This document shows positions 50,221 through 62,747 of a stretch of DNA of 64,000 nucleotides, one piece after another. The notes under the pieces are model-generated. The model saw only the letters and a program-made list of their open reading frames with translations. It was not told the origin of the DNA and ran no database searches. The translations under genes were made by a program, and so were the position numbers. Numbering within the stretch: the first letter of the stretch is position 1; every line of letters starts with the position of its first letter. This stretch comes from Octopus bimaculoides (taxonomy: Eukaryota): NCBI RefSeq assembly GCF_001194135.2, contig NC_068983.1:29292512-29356511 (forward strand), given 5' to 3'.

Positions 50221-51360
50221 TTGAGTCATCCTATAAATAATGCGGATTTTTCAATTGCACGAACTAAAAGTCGGGGGGGGGGGGGTTAACTACCTGCATC
50301 AACTTGCTATAAAAGCAGGTAGTAATTTTACCACGTCCTTATTCTTAGTGCAAGTTTTGAAGAGTACAGTTCGATTTTAGCAGTTATTTCTTCAAAGCTA
50401 TAATGGAAGTGACAAAGGAGCATATTCGGCATATTTTGCTTTATGAGTTCAATAAAGGCAACAACACAATGGAAAGTGTGAGGAATATTAATGCAGCATA
50501 TGGGGATTGGATAATAAGCATAAACCAGTGTCACCGGTGGTTCCAGAAATTTCGAGCCAGAAACTACAGCCTAGAAGGCAAGCCTCGTCCTGGACAATCT
50601 GTAGAGCTCAACAAGGACTTCCTGCAAACCCATAGCAAATTGGGTCAATGGGTTGCTCACAAACTTTCCGAGCCTAATCGCACACACAGAGTGAATGTAT
50701 GCTCTTCTTTGCTGTCATGTCTCAAGAATGAACCTTTTTGGGACCAAATAGTGACTGGTGGTGAGAAATGGGTTCTCTATAAAAGTGCCGAAGACAGTGG
50801 ATAGGGAAAAGAGAAACACTGGCACCCCAAGCTGAAGAAGGTCTTCACCCACATAAAGTGTTGCTATCTGTTTGATGGGGTATGAAAAGTTTAGTCCACT
50901 TTGAACGTTTAAACCCAAACCAAGCGATAACAAAGGAGATCTATTGTGAGCAGCTTAAGTCAGCGCTAGAAGAAAAACGATCATCTTTGGTTTCAAGACA
51001 AAAGGTGTTCTTCCATCAGGATAATGCTCAGCCACATACAGCAAGGATGACATTCCAAAGGCTGGAGCAGTTTGAATGGGAAACGATGTCCCACTCACCA
51101 TATTCGCTGGACATTGCCCCATCTGATTATCATTTATTTTGCAGTCTTCAAATCATTTGGACGGAAAAAATATGAATTCTGTAGATGAGGTCAAAACAGT
51201 ACTGGAGGAGTATTTTTCATTATGGACAAGTGAATTTTGGAAGAAGGGGCCTTGCAAGTCTACCAGATAGATGGAAGAGTATTGTAGAAAATGAAGGAGT
51301 GTATATTTTAGATTAAAAAAGAACTTTGTTTATCTTAATTGCATTATTTATAAGCATGTG
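50221..51360 (+). mobile_element. Defective mariner (DD34D) transposon
   Basis: ORFs 50403-50804 and 50882-51175: HIRHILLYEF, WVAHKL, IVTGGEKWVLY, HQDNAQPH, YSLDIAPSDYHLF; internal deletion and frameshifts; degenerate TIRs. Confidence 0.92.
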
Positions 51361-51579
51361 CACACACATCAGGCTTCCACAGTCTCCACCTACCATATTT
51401 TACTCATAAGGTACTGATTAACTTGAGCCTATGGTAGAAAACACATGCCTAAGGTGCTGTACAGCCTGATCAAATCCAGAAAATATGTAAAAATATGTAT
51501 TTGCTGAAAAAGATTTTTTTTTCGTATAATGATAATTCAAAGGTTAATAGAATACGAAAGTAAATGAAATAAAACTTAC

Positions 51580-51679
51580 CCATATCGGACACAAATAGTA
51601 GTGAATATAAGTACAGTGACCAGGACGCTTAGTAATGTAATTATTACTATCATTATGGTGTTGAGTGGGGGTGGTGAAC
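51580..51679 (-). CDS. INSR: INSR transmembrane exon (SPPPLNTIMIVIITLLSVLVTVLIFTTICVRY)
   Basis: ttatag| ... |gtaagt; 100 nt, phase 1->2; ~23-aa hydrophobic stretch. Confidence 0.93.
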
Positions 51680-52683
51680 CTATAACCAGAACAAGAGAGA
51701 GAATTAGTTGTTGTCACACTTAGAGTAGTATCTTAAATATCCATTTAACACACATTCTGATAATGGCCAGGTGATCTATGAACATGCATATCAACATCAT
51801 CATAGGGTTTATTTAACAATTGACAAAGTTAAGGTGTCCAGGATCCTTATCACAGCCTCTATCTTCTCAATGTCTTCAAAACAGCTGCTCCTAAGGTTCT
51901 TCTTCACTTGGAGAGCAGCCAAAAGTTACAGGGAGCAACGTCTGGATTGTAGGGAGAATGAGGGACAGTTTTGATGCCCATTTCATCAAGTACTTAGATA
52001 CCAGGATGAAATTGTGACAAGCAGTGTTTAGTAGGGCCTGTTGAAAGAGTTGTCACAGCCATTTCCTTCAATGTGGAATAAAAACATTGGTCGCTTATTA
52101 GATGTGTAGTGACAATATTATAAAATTACAGCTTTAACTGCCTCACCTAAAAAGATCTGAAAATGTCTGGAATGTACCTCATAAATATGCATACATACGT
52201 CCTTTCATATTGACAGGCTTGTACATGAAACTACATAAACATTGTACTATTGAAGGAGCCTCTAGGTGGCCACTTAAACTGCTAGAAATAGCAGTCAAAT
52301 CCCCTTCAACTTACACACTTCAAGCTTAAAACAAGAAGGACACACTGGGTAATGTAATCAACATGCTATCTGAATAAAATATAGGATGGTCATGGCTCAA
52401 TCAGAGTTGAAGGTTTGATTCTTGCACCAGGTGTTGCATTGTGTCCTTCAGCAAGGCACTTCATTTCATGTTCCTTGAGATGACTCAGATAATATGGAGC
52501 ATCAAGGGGTTAATTCTGTGATGGACTGGTATCCCTTACAAGAAGTAGGATTCTTGTACTCCCAGCATAAATATCTCAGAAATCCAGATAAGATCAAGGC
52601 TTCATGAACCTGTAGGCTTCAGGTAGACTTCATAAGTGAGCTTCTACATAGACAGACATACATTGTACATTCAAGTTTCTTAC

Positions 52684-52855
52684 CTGGTCTTTCAGGCACA
52701 AGGAAAAACTTGTATTCTGTCCAGTTTCCGAGAGCAGCTAAAGAAGTAGCTCGTATGCGATAGGAATAGTTGCCAGCATCTAACTTTTGCAGACGACAAC
52801 TTCGAGTTATTTGATATTCACGTTGTGTAATACAAACAATCGAATCGTCTTTATT
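52684..52855 (-). CDS. INSR: INSR exon, FnIII-3 C-part (NKDDSIVCITQREYQITRSCRLQKLDAGNYSYRIRATSLAALGNWTEYKFFLVPERP)
   Basis: ttatag| ... |gtaag; 172 nt, phase 0->1; GNYSxRIRATSLA motif. Confidence 0.95.
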
Positions 52856-53497
52856 CTATAAAATAAGAGGTGAGAGAGAGAGAGAGAGAGAAAAAAGAAA
52901 ATAAATAAATTAAAATAAACCAAAAATTTACAAGTTTGTAGCAGATTTCATATAAATACAGATAGGGAAAAACAAAAATTCACATCAAAAACAAAACAAG
53001 TAAAATAATAATATTTAACTCTTTAGCATTTAAACTGGCCATATCTGGCCAAAATATTCTGTGTTTTATGCTCAACCTGGCCTGGCCTCTCATACCTATC
53101 CAATAACATTATCCTAAAAATATACACTCACATCATCAAAATCTCAATCTTATTATTATTATTATTATTTCACATATGATTCGAAAATGGCAATTTCATT
53201 GTGAAAATTCAAAATAAAAGTATTTTATTTACAGGATGAAATACATGTGTTGAAGAATAAGGGCTCATCAGATATCTTTTAAAGAACAACAACAATAATT
53301 CCTAATTTAGCATAAAGGCCAGTAATCTTGGGGAGGAGTTAGTTGATTAGCTCAAGTGCAGTACATGACTGGCACTTCATTTTATTGACCTGAGAAAGAT
53401 GAAAGGCAAGTTGACCTCAGTGGAATTTGAAACCAGAACAGAAAGAGCAGCAATAAATATCACAAGGCATTTTCGTTGAACGCCCTAACAGTTCTGC

Positions 53498-53498
<1 letters not shown>

Positions 53499-53576
<78 letters not shown>

Positions 53577-53600
53577 GTTATTATTATTACTACTACTACT
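53499..53600. repeat. (TTA)n microsatellite; (CA)n/(GT)n tracts also at 4420-4512, 8815-8938, 10277-10362
   Basis: Direct reading. Confidence 0.95.
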
Positions 53601-55323
53601 AATAATAATGACTACAAGGACAGTAGTAATAATAATCAACATCAAACAATTTTCTACTTCCGTTTGTATTATATAAACTTTTATTTCTTACAAAAATGTC
53701 GAAAAGGACATCTTTGAATTGAAGTAATTTTGTTTTTCTCATTGGACATATTTACATTGTATGCTGGTCTTAATCAAAATTAGGCTTTTCTCTTCTGTAC
53801 TACGTTAATTTATAGAACATTGAAGCATCTTGAATCTAATATGAACTTCAAACCAATCCGTTTCTCATCACATGAGGCATCTTGAATCTAGTATGAACTT
53901 CAAATCAACCCTTTTCTCATCACATGTCCCTACAAATAACACATGATGCCTGAAACTTGTTGTTTCAAAACTAACTTCACTCAGTCAATCCTTTATTTTG
54001 AAACTATATACATCCTTTTTATTTTGTTTTGTTTTCAAACCACTACCACCATCACAACCTTTTTTCATAAGCAGTTTCTTTCTTAAAGAGGAAGAAAAAA
54101 TGATTCATAAATTAGGCAGCTTGGGAGGGCCCTGCTTCACATCAAGCAAGTTGGGCAGGCGTTGCTTCAAATCAGGCAAGTTAGAAGGACATTGCCAAGA
54201 TTGACCTCAGAATTAGACTCCTTGATTATTTTATTTATCTTTTACTTGTTTCAGCTATTAGCTTGTGGCCATGCTAGGGTCACAAGCTGGGGTACCATCT
54301 TTGAGAATTTTCAGTCAAATGAAATGACCTCAGTACTTATTTTAAGCCCGGTACTTATTCAATCAGTCTCTTTTGCTGAACTGCTAAGTTACAGTGATGT
54401 AAACACACCAACACCAGCTGTCAAGCGGTGGTGGTGGGCAAAAACAGACACAAAGACACACACAAGCAGATATATACATACATATGTGACCGGCACCTGT
54501 GCCAACAGCATGTTAAAAGCACCCAGCACGCTCTTGGAGAGGTTGGTGTTAGGGAGGGCATCCAGCTGTAGAAACAATGACAAACCAGACTGGAACTTGG
54601 TGCAGCTCTCCAGCTTGCCAGTTCCAATCAAACTGTCTAAGCCTTGCTAGCATGGTGAGCAGACACTAAATGATGATGATGATATATATATATATTTATA
54701 TAAGGGCATTCACGCTATGAGGGACTCTAAGGTCAGACTACCATAAAAAACACATTTTTACCGAACTCGAGGAAATGCAACTCTCAAAGCCAGCCCCAGG
54801 CGCAATGGCCCAGTGGTTAGGGAAGCGGATTCGCAGTTTCATTTCCCAGACCGGGGCGTTGTGTTTGTTTATTGAGCGTAAACACCTAAAGCTCCACGAG
54901 GCTCCGGCAGGGGGTGGTGGCGACCCGTTGTACTTTTTCGCCCAACTTTCTCTCATTCTTTCTTCCTGTTTTTTGAGTAACGCTGTGATGGACTGGCGTA
55001 CCGTCCAGCTGGGGGGAGAGGGGAACATTTACACCATAGAAACCGGGCCCATGAGCCTGGCTAGGCTTTAAAAGGGCGCATAAAAAAAAAAAAATACATA
55101 CACACACACACATATATATATACAATGGGCTTCTTTCAGTTTCCTTCTAGCAAATCTATTCACAAGGCTTTGGTCAGCCTGAGGTGGAACCATGTGGTTG
55201 GGAAACAAGCTTCTTACCACACAGCCACACCTTGCATAACTAGAAACTGCAATGCATGTGATCTGACACACAACTCAAAAATTATTCTATCAGAAAGAAA
55301 AGGAACACAAAATTTCAACTCAC

Positions 55324-55472
55324 TTTTTTTGCTGCTTTCTTGTACGCTACTTCATAGGTGACAATTAAACCATTTACATAAGCAGGTGGATCCCAACTAA
55401 TAAGCATGTCACCTGTGCCATTGACAATTAGAGTGGCATTCACTGAAGAACTATTGATGTGGTCAGCAATTT
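55324..55472 (-). CDS. INSR: INSR exon, FnIII-3 N-part (IADHINSSSVNATLIVNGTGDMLISWDPPAYVNGLIVTYEVAYKKAAKK)
   Basis: Within ORF 55315-55578; ctcag| ... |gtgagt; 149 nt, phase 1->0. Confidence 0.95.
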
Positions 55473-56939
55473 CTGAGGAATCAACAGAAAATGTGATAAT
55501 GAACAAGTGCAAGAAAGAGATATCTATAGACGCGAGAAAAGAAATAAAATAAAAAAAAGTAAAATCAAGCACTAGCATGTAAGCCTGTGATTCATTAAAC
55601 CTTTAGTATTTGAACTGGCAATATCTGATCTCTCACACCTACCCTGTAATGTCATTCTAAAAATATACAATCTCAAAGCTAAGAGATAAGGCATGATTAA
55701 ATAAAAAAAAGTGTGAATAAATAGGAATTACACTTGACAGAGTAATCTAAATTCTAAAGTGTTAAAGGTGGGCTACAAAAATAATAAAATAAAGTATTTT
55801 GATTTATGCTGTATTTTATCTTTTACTTGCTTCAGTCATTGGATTGCAGCCATGCCGAGGCTCTACCTTGAAGGGTTTAGTTGCACAAATTTGAACTAAG
55901 AATGTAAAGAGCCAGAACAAATATTGGTTTCAAATTTTAGCCCAAGGCCATCAGTTTCGGTGTGTGTCAGGTAGTGTTCAACTGGGGCTTATTTTATTGA
56001 CCCCCAAAGGGATGGAAGGCAAAGTTGACTTTTGACGGCATTTGAACTTAGAACATAACATTGGAAGAAATGCTGCTAAGCATTTCGTCCAGTACGGTAA
56101 AGAGTCTGCCAGCTCACTGCTTTAGACAGAAACAAATACTGCAAAGCAATGCTCTAAAGATTCCACAAATCAGCTTCCCTTAAATTATTTCTAATAAAGG
56201 CATAAGTCTAGAAATTTGGGGGAGAGGAACAGTCAATAATATTGACCTCCCAAAAATTGACTCATACTCTATTTTAAGCCTGGTTAGGATAAAAGGCAAA
56301 GCTGACCATTTGAACTCAGAACATAAAGAACTGGAAGAAATATCATATGACATTACATCCAAAGCTCTAATGATTTTGCCAATCCATTGTCCATGAAGTT
56401 CTCTGGTTATGTTAAATATGCTTTTTTTCTTCTTCTCTTATATATGTCACTATTCATTGACATTGACCAGTTTCATTTGTTTTACTTACAAAGTGCAAGG
56501 TCTTCTTCATTTTTTAATTTTTATTGTTCCTTGGTAGAGTATGAATTATAAATTATTAGGAAATTATATACTGGGATGATTCTGTTTTTGCGAACAGTTA
56601 AAACTTACAAAGATCATAATGCACTTATATAGCAAATATGAATCTGATAATAAAATTACGTTAAAAATTGCAAAGCATACAAAAAGACTTATTTATTCAA
56701 TAAAGAAATATATAATAAATTTTTATTAGTTTAAATTATATTTATAGGCTAAATAATTTTTCGATAGTTTAATTTTTACTTTGTGCTCAAAGTATACCCA
56801 AATATTTTCATTTGCTCTAAAGTATGCTACGACAATGAAAAATTAGGGAAACACTGATAAAAGGAGAGAAGGGCAAATCTGGATTTTATTTTATTTTACT
56901 CTTGATATACAAAGTGAATAACATAAATTCTCATATTAC

Positions 56940-57021
56940 CTAGTGGTAAGGTTTTGGCTGTCACAATAGCTCTGTTGCTGCAATATTTGCCATTTTCATT
57001 GGATTTATGACAAGCAATAAC
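56940..57021 (-). CDS. INSR: INSR exon, FnIII-2 end (VIACHKSNENGKYCSNRAIVTAKTLPL)
   Basis: ccag| ... |gtaata; 82 nt, phase 0->1; AC...CS...RT-type pattern. Confidence 0.93.
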
Positions 57022-57776
57022 CTGGTTTCAAAAACAAATAAATAATAAAATCAATAAATAAAATAAATAGTTGAAATTAAATCACATGACCAGTCTCAGA
57101 AATTGTCACTAAATATTACTCACTCCAACTAATGACTGTTGTCTTTCTTTTCGTTTTTAAACCTGAGCAAAAGTATGTCTTAGATTAGAGTACACTCTAC
57201 ACTTACTGTCTATAAAGCACTCCACCCCACTATGCTGATGTCATAACTTAAAAATCCTTCCTCCCCTGCTCCTTCTAGAGCGATTGCTGAATGAGCAAAG
57301 GCAGAGTAGGGTTGAAATATCTCTTCGTCCTGTTTCACTGAGGACGTGATGACAACCACCCCAGTGCCGTGCTGTTACTTTGAAAAGCACACCCAATACA
57401 AACTGCATAGCGGATCACAAACAAGTAGTGAAAAAGTAGATTTGTGAGGGTCTTTTAGTCTTGTCTTGTCAAGGCTTTGTATTCTCTCTGGATCTGGTTC
57501 CATGAGAAAATGCACCAAGTCCACTAGGTAAAGTGGTTGGTAGTAGAAAGAACAATACGGTTGTAAAACACCCAGCCAAAATGACGGATGAGCACCAAAC
57601 TATGAGAGCAGCTGCTTCAGTCAGTAACAACCCATGCCAGCATGGGAAGCAGAATAAAATGATGATGATGATGATGACAACAGTATACTTAAAATCTTTT
57701 CATCTAAGTTTATTAATCTACAGTAAGAAGGAGTCGGTATATACTTCTCTTGTACTACATGCCCTGCACATCTACC

Positions 57777-57991
57777 GGTACTACTAAAGCAGAGTGGTCC
57801 CGAACGCGCAGTCATAAGTGGTCGATCCTAACCCTACCCCTAACCTATTCCTATCCCTATCCCTAAACACATGTATTCATTTGCACACGCGCACACATGC
57901 ACTTTTTGTAGGATCGGCCACTCACGACTAGCTAGCGTGGACGCATGACTGCGCGGATGCGTGTTCGGGACCACTCTGCTTTAGTAGTACC
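57777..57991. mobile_element. 215-bp MITE with perfect 29-bp TIRs and 8-bp TSD
   Basis: GGTACTACTAAAGCAGAGTGGTCCCGAAC at both ends; flanks CATCTACC / CATCCACC. Confidence 0.9.
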
Positions 57992-58182
57992 CATCCACCC
58001 ACATCAATTTTCTTCCACAGGGAGCCATAAGCCATAAAACCAGCCATGAGTAAACTGCAACCTGCAGGAGTTTCTGAATGGTCCACCCAACAATAAAAAA
58101 ATTACTCTGAAATCTTTTGTTGTGCAACCAGCCTAATGATGAGCCACATCTCATGTAGACAAGGCTGTCTATCCCAGCTATA

Positions 58183-58562
58183 CGTGGAGGCACAATGGCC
58201 CAGTGGTTAGGGCAGCCGACTTGCGGTCATAGGATCGCAGTTTCGATTCCCAGACCGGGCGTTGTGAGTGTTTATTGAGCAAAAACACCTAAAGCTCCAC
58301 GAGGCTCCGGCAGGGGATGGTGGCGAACCCTGCTGTACTCTTTCACCACAACTTTCTCTCACTCTTACTTCCTGTTTCTGTTGTGCCTGTAATTCAAAGG
58401 GTCAGCTTTGTCACACTGTGTCACGCTGAATATCCCCCGAGAACTACGTTAAGGCTACATGTGTCTGTGGAGTGCTCAGCCACTTGCATGTTAATTTCAC
58501 AAGCAGGCTGTTCCGTTGATCGGATCAACTGGAACCCTCAACGTCATAAGCGACGGAGTGCC

Positions 58563-58595
<33 letters not shown>
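58183..58595 (+). mobile_element. SINE family B1, full length with 12-bp TSD
   Basis: tRNA-like head, (AAC)n tail, TSD ATCCCAGCTATA (58171-58182 / 58596-58607). Confidence 0.92.
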
Positions 58596-58596
<1 letters not shown>

Positions 58597-59160
58597 TCCC
58601 AGCTATAAATAGAACTCTATATGGTCACACAACAGACATAAAATAGCAGTCAAATTCCCTCAAATCATACCCTACCATCTTAAATATATAAAGAGAAAGA
58701 GGGATCTAGGTGTGGGTTACTTCATTAGGGTCAACAACTAAACAATGAGCTATGGTGGCTTCTATATGGTTGTGTGACATGCTAAAAATAGCATGCAACT
58801 CTCCTTTGAATCACACTCCCTTATCTTAAGGAAAAAAATGCATTGGTTAATGTAATCCTAGATACAATGTTAAAGTAATGACAGCAACATGTCTGCTGAT
58901 AAGAAAAAGTGATGGATGATTGCAGAAATGATCAGTGGTGATGGAAGTCAATAAATGAGTTCACTGACAAGGGATAGTCTGAGTGGTGAGTAGTCAAGAT
59001 GATGATGATGATGGATGATTGGATGGTGATAAGAAAGATTTTGAGCGAGGCGGGAGAGGGGGGGGGGTTGTAGCATAGGAAGATAAGTAGAGGGTTGTAC
59101 TGGATACTGCGAAATCTGATGCAATCCTTTGTGACTTAGGCATCATGATGAGAAAGAGAA

Positions 59161-59238
<78 letters not shown>

Positions 59239-60097
59239 TGGAGGGGAGCATTAAGTATGGATTAGCTTGTTGCACAGGTGAGATGGGCTCTGTGAATAGG
59301 GTAGGAGAGATGCAAGGGACTGAATGGCCAAGAGGGGACAGTAGAGAGAGGAGATAGATCACATGGAGTTCTATCTACTCCTTTTCTGCATATTTAAGCA
59401 TGGCCATTTCCTTGATAGCAGCAGAATTCTGCCTTCTCACCTACTTTCTAAAATTTATGTCTTTGCAAAGTCTACTTTGAGGTATCTTGAATCTAGGTTA
59501 CACTAAGATTCAGACACTCCCTTATCACTCTTGTCATCAGCAAAACCAGTAATTTGTCTGTTGGATAACTGTTACCGTTGTTCACTAATTGCAATATAAA
59601 TACAATTAAATTATAACTATCACTATAGAAAAAAAAAAAAAAAAAAAATGGCACTCCATTGGTTATGATGACGAGGTTCCAGTTGATCTGATCAATGGGA
59701 CAGCATGCTTGTGAAATTAACATGAAAGTGGTTAAGCGCTCCACAGACACACGTACCCTTCTCAGGGAGATTCAGTGTGGCACAGAATGTGACATGGCTG
59801 GCCCTCTGATTTACAGATACAACTCATTTTTGCCAGCTAAGTATACTGGAACAACGTGAAATAAGGTGTCTTGTTCAAGGGCACAATGTGCCACCACGAA
59901 TCAAATGCACGACCTTATGATTATGAGCCAAATACCCAAATTACTAAGCCATGTACCTTCACTATATCTTCATCAATATATAAGCAAACTGGTTTCATTT
60001 GTTATAATTACATTTAAATCAATACAATTAGTATTAACATAGGAAATGGTTTATGTCAGTGATTCAGTAACAGACTATATGAGTATTGGATACGTAC

Positions 60098-60323
60098 TTC
60101 TATATTGTATTCCTGGAAATGTGCAAGATTCCCAATCACAACACTTCTGCTGTTATAGACAGCCATTGCAAGGAAAGGTCGCTCAGTACTCTGTCTTGAA
60201 GCATTGGGTCGGCTGAAATTGTTGTGTGCTGGTAAATATTTACCAGCTGCGTGAGGGTCCTCAATCACTGCCTCTCGCCGATGTCGATTATGGGAATCGT
60301 CTGATAGGGAGACATCAGGAGGT
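60098..60323 (-). CDS. INSR: INSR exon with furin alpha/beta cleavage site RHRR (60275-60286) and start of beta chain
   Basis: Within ORF 60056-60388; ttttcag| ... |gtacgt; 226 nt, phase 2->0; NLAHFQEYNIE resembles the INSR LRHFTGYRIE motif. Confidence 0.95.
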
Positions 60324-60870
60324 CTGAAAAGAAAAGAAAATAATATATATAATGCATAAAATAATTTTAAAGACTGACTAACAATCAAGCTTCAAATAAT
60401 TTTTCTTTTTTATTATAAAAAAAGCTAGGTTGATGGGGTTGATGCAGTCAACTTAACCCCACTCTGAAATTGCTAGCGTTGTACCAAAATTTGAAATCAA
60501 CATTAGAGGACCTCATTGATGAATTGCAGCCATCTCTTTGGATCCACAGCATAGCTGAGATTCCAATCTAAGCATGGATGAAAATTTCTAGGAAATCAAC
60601 AAATGTGGACAAACTCAGCAGACAGAGATGGCAGTGGCTTCTCAGAGCAACATATTCTCTAGAAACTATCATTAAATATGGTTTCTCAATTATACTGAAG
60701 GCACCAGAACCACTGCAACTTTTCAGTTTTGAAACGATTCTTTAGTTTCGTTTTTATGGATCAGTTAGGAGGAAGAACTGCTCTCACGACCCTTTCCAGA
60801 CTTTGTAGGACTGGTGGTGGAGAGCAAGGAAGTTACTATTAGATTAGGTATCTGTCCTGAATGCTTTAAC

Positions 60871-61088
60871 CCTTTAGTGTTTAAACCGGCCATATCTGGC
60901 CCAGATATTTCTTCTGTTTTATGTTCAAACTGGCCTGATCTAACCTCTCACACCTACCCTACAACGCCATTCTAAAAATAGATATAACAGCATCAAAATC
61001 TCAAAGTTATGAGACAATATATTATTAATTCAAAACAATATGAATAAATAAGTTTTACATTTGACAGAGTAATTTGAACACTAAAGGG
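60871..61088. mobile_element. piggyBac-type MITE (degenerate relatives near 1630, 12370, 34215, 47585, 47850, 53017, 55590)
   Basis: TTAA-CCCTTTAG ... CTAAAGGG-TTAA. Confidence 0.85.
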
Positions 61089-61316
61089 TTAATAGAGTCA
61101 ACTCTACTAAGGAGCTATAGAACCAGGCAATGGCATCAAACCAAGAAACAAATTAAGATTACAATCCAACAATTAAGTTACTTTATCAGTGATAAAAAAA
61201 AAAAATTTATGAAACTTCAAAAAAATGATTGAAATTAAGAAAAACACTGTAAGAAATTATAATCAAATCAAGCAGTACATTGCAATTATTATCAACACTT
61301 TAATGTAATAAAATAC

Positions 61317-61491
61317 CTCTTAACGAAGACATTATTGTGTAGGAAATTCTCAAAGAAGATCTGCATTTGTCTTTCAGACTCTTCAGTTTTATCAACTTTT
61401 TTATCTTTTGGACATTCACAACAGTTTTCATTGAAGGTATCATTAGCTATCGGTTTTCTTTTTTCATCTTGTTTTGCAGTTGGTTTTAACC
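61317..61491 (-). CDS. INSR: INSR exon, insert domain and alpha-CT (LKPTAKQDEK...CCECPKDK...QIFFENFLHNNVFVK)
   Basis: Within ORF 61292-61558; acag| ... |gtattt; 175 nt, phase 1->2. Confidence 0.95.
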
Positions 61492-61665
61492 CTGTAATAA
61501 AAAAATAAATAAATAAAATAAAATAAAAAAGCCAGAATAGAATTAGTTTAAACCACAAAATACCAAAAAGAGTATTAATTCCATAATCACTCAGACATAG
61601 ATAAAGTATAAAGGTGAAGACAATGTTTGATATGAAATTATGAGTAAGGAGGTAAAAATTCTTAC

Positions 61666-61836
61666 GATTTTCACAATAGTCTCGAATACTGTAGTCTGCA
61701 ACATTAAGAACTTCAGACTGCCAGTAAACAAAGTAGTGATCTACTTCTCCTTTAGGTTCTTTTGGTGGGTCCCATGAAACTATCAGCTCTCCAACTCTTT
61801 TCGCAGTTATTTTCAGGTTTGTTGGGTTGGTAGGAA
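61666..61836 (-). CDS. INSR: INSR exon, FnIII-2 N-part (VPTNPTNLKITAKRVGELIVSWDPPKEPKGEVDHYFVYWQSEVLNVADYSIRDYCEN)
   Basis: ttcag| ... |gtaag; 171 nt, phase 1->1. Confidence 0.95.
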
Positions 61837-62568
61837 CTGAAGGTTAAAGAATAGAACAAGAAAATCATTAAGAAGCTTATGAATTAATTTTGTAAATGTT
61901 AAAAAGTTGCAAGCAGATGTAAGTATGCATCAGATTTATGTATGATCTAGATGGTGTACCCCGCAAACAACATTGATTAAGTTGTGAATGGCGACAAAAG
62001 GACTTAGATAAACTAATAGAATGATTGAATGATCAAATGATTAGTCAAACAATTGATTAGTTAATTGGTTAATTTGCTAACTGTTGTATTTCTCTCGGGG
62101 GACTCGCAGAGAAAACACAACGAGTTGTATTATTTAGTTATTACATTTATTTATTAACTATAAACAAAGAACTCACTCACCGAATGTTAATTATCAAGAA
62201 ACAAGAATGTCTTCCTCGCCATATATATCCCAATAACCTTCAACCTCGACAGTCACTCAAAACAACAATGAAACAGGGACCCCAGACGAACCACATCGAA
62301 ATATAGGACGAATAACAAACAAATCTAGCAGTCCATATAACACTAACTAAGTGAGTAAAAATAATGGTTTCAAATGTTGGCACAAGGCCAGTAATTTCAC
62401 TGAGAGGGAGTTAGCTGATTTTATCAACCATGGTTGAGTTATAGAGTAGAGACTCCATTGACAGAAAGCAGAGTTGCAGGCAAGTAAATAGCATTTAGGC
62501 TCCTCACATAAACTGGGCATACCAAAAGAAAAAAGCTCACCTACAAACAGAGGAAGTGGAGTACTTAC

Positions 62569-62747
62569 CACCAGTCGTTGTTCTAAAATATTCAACATCA
62601 CTCATTCCGGTTGACTTGGCTGTAGAGAGAGTATCAGTCTTTAAATAAGTGGCATAAAGTGTCCATGGTTTAAGTTCAGTAAGTACATGAAATTCTTGAT
62701 TATCTTTGGGCTCTTTACGGTCTTTCGGCTTTTGAACTGTTTTCCAT
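62569..62747 (-). CDS. INSR: INSR exon, FnIII-1 C-terminal part (WKTVQKPKDRKEPKDNQEFHVLTELKPWTLYATYLKTDTLSTAKSTGMSDVEYFRTTTG)
   Basis: cccag| ... |gtaagt; 179 nt, phase 2->1; matches the INSR LKPWTQYA motif. Confidence 0.93.
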
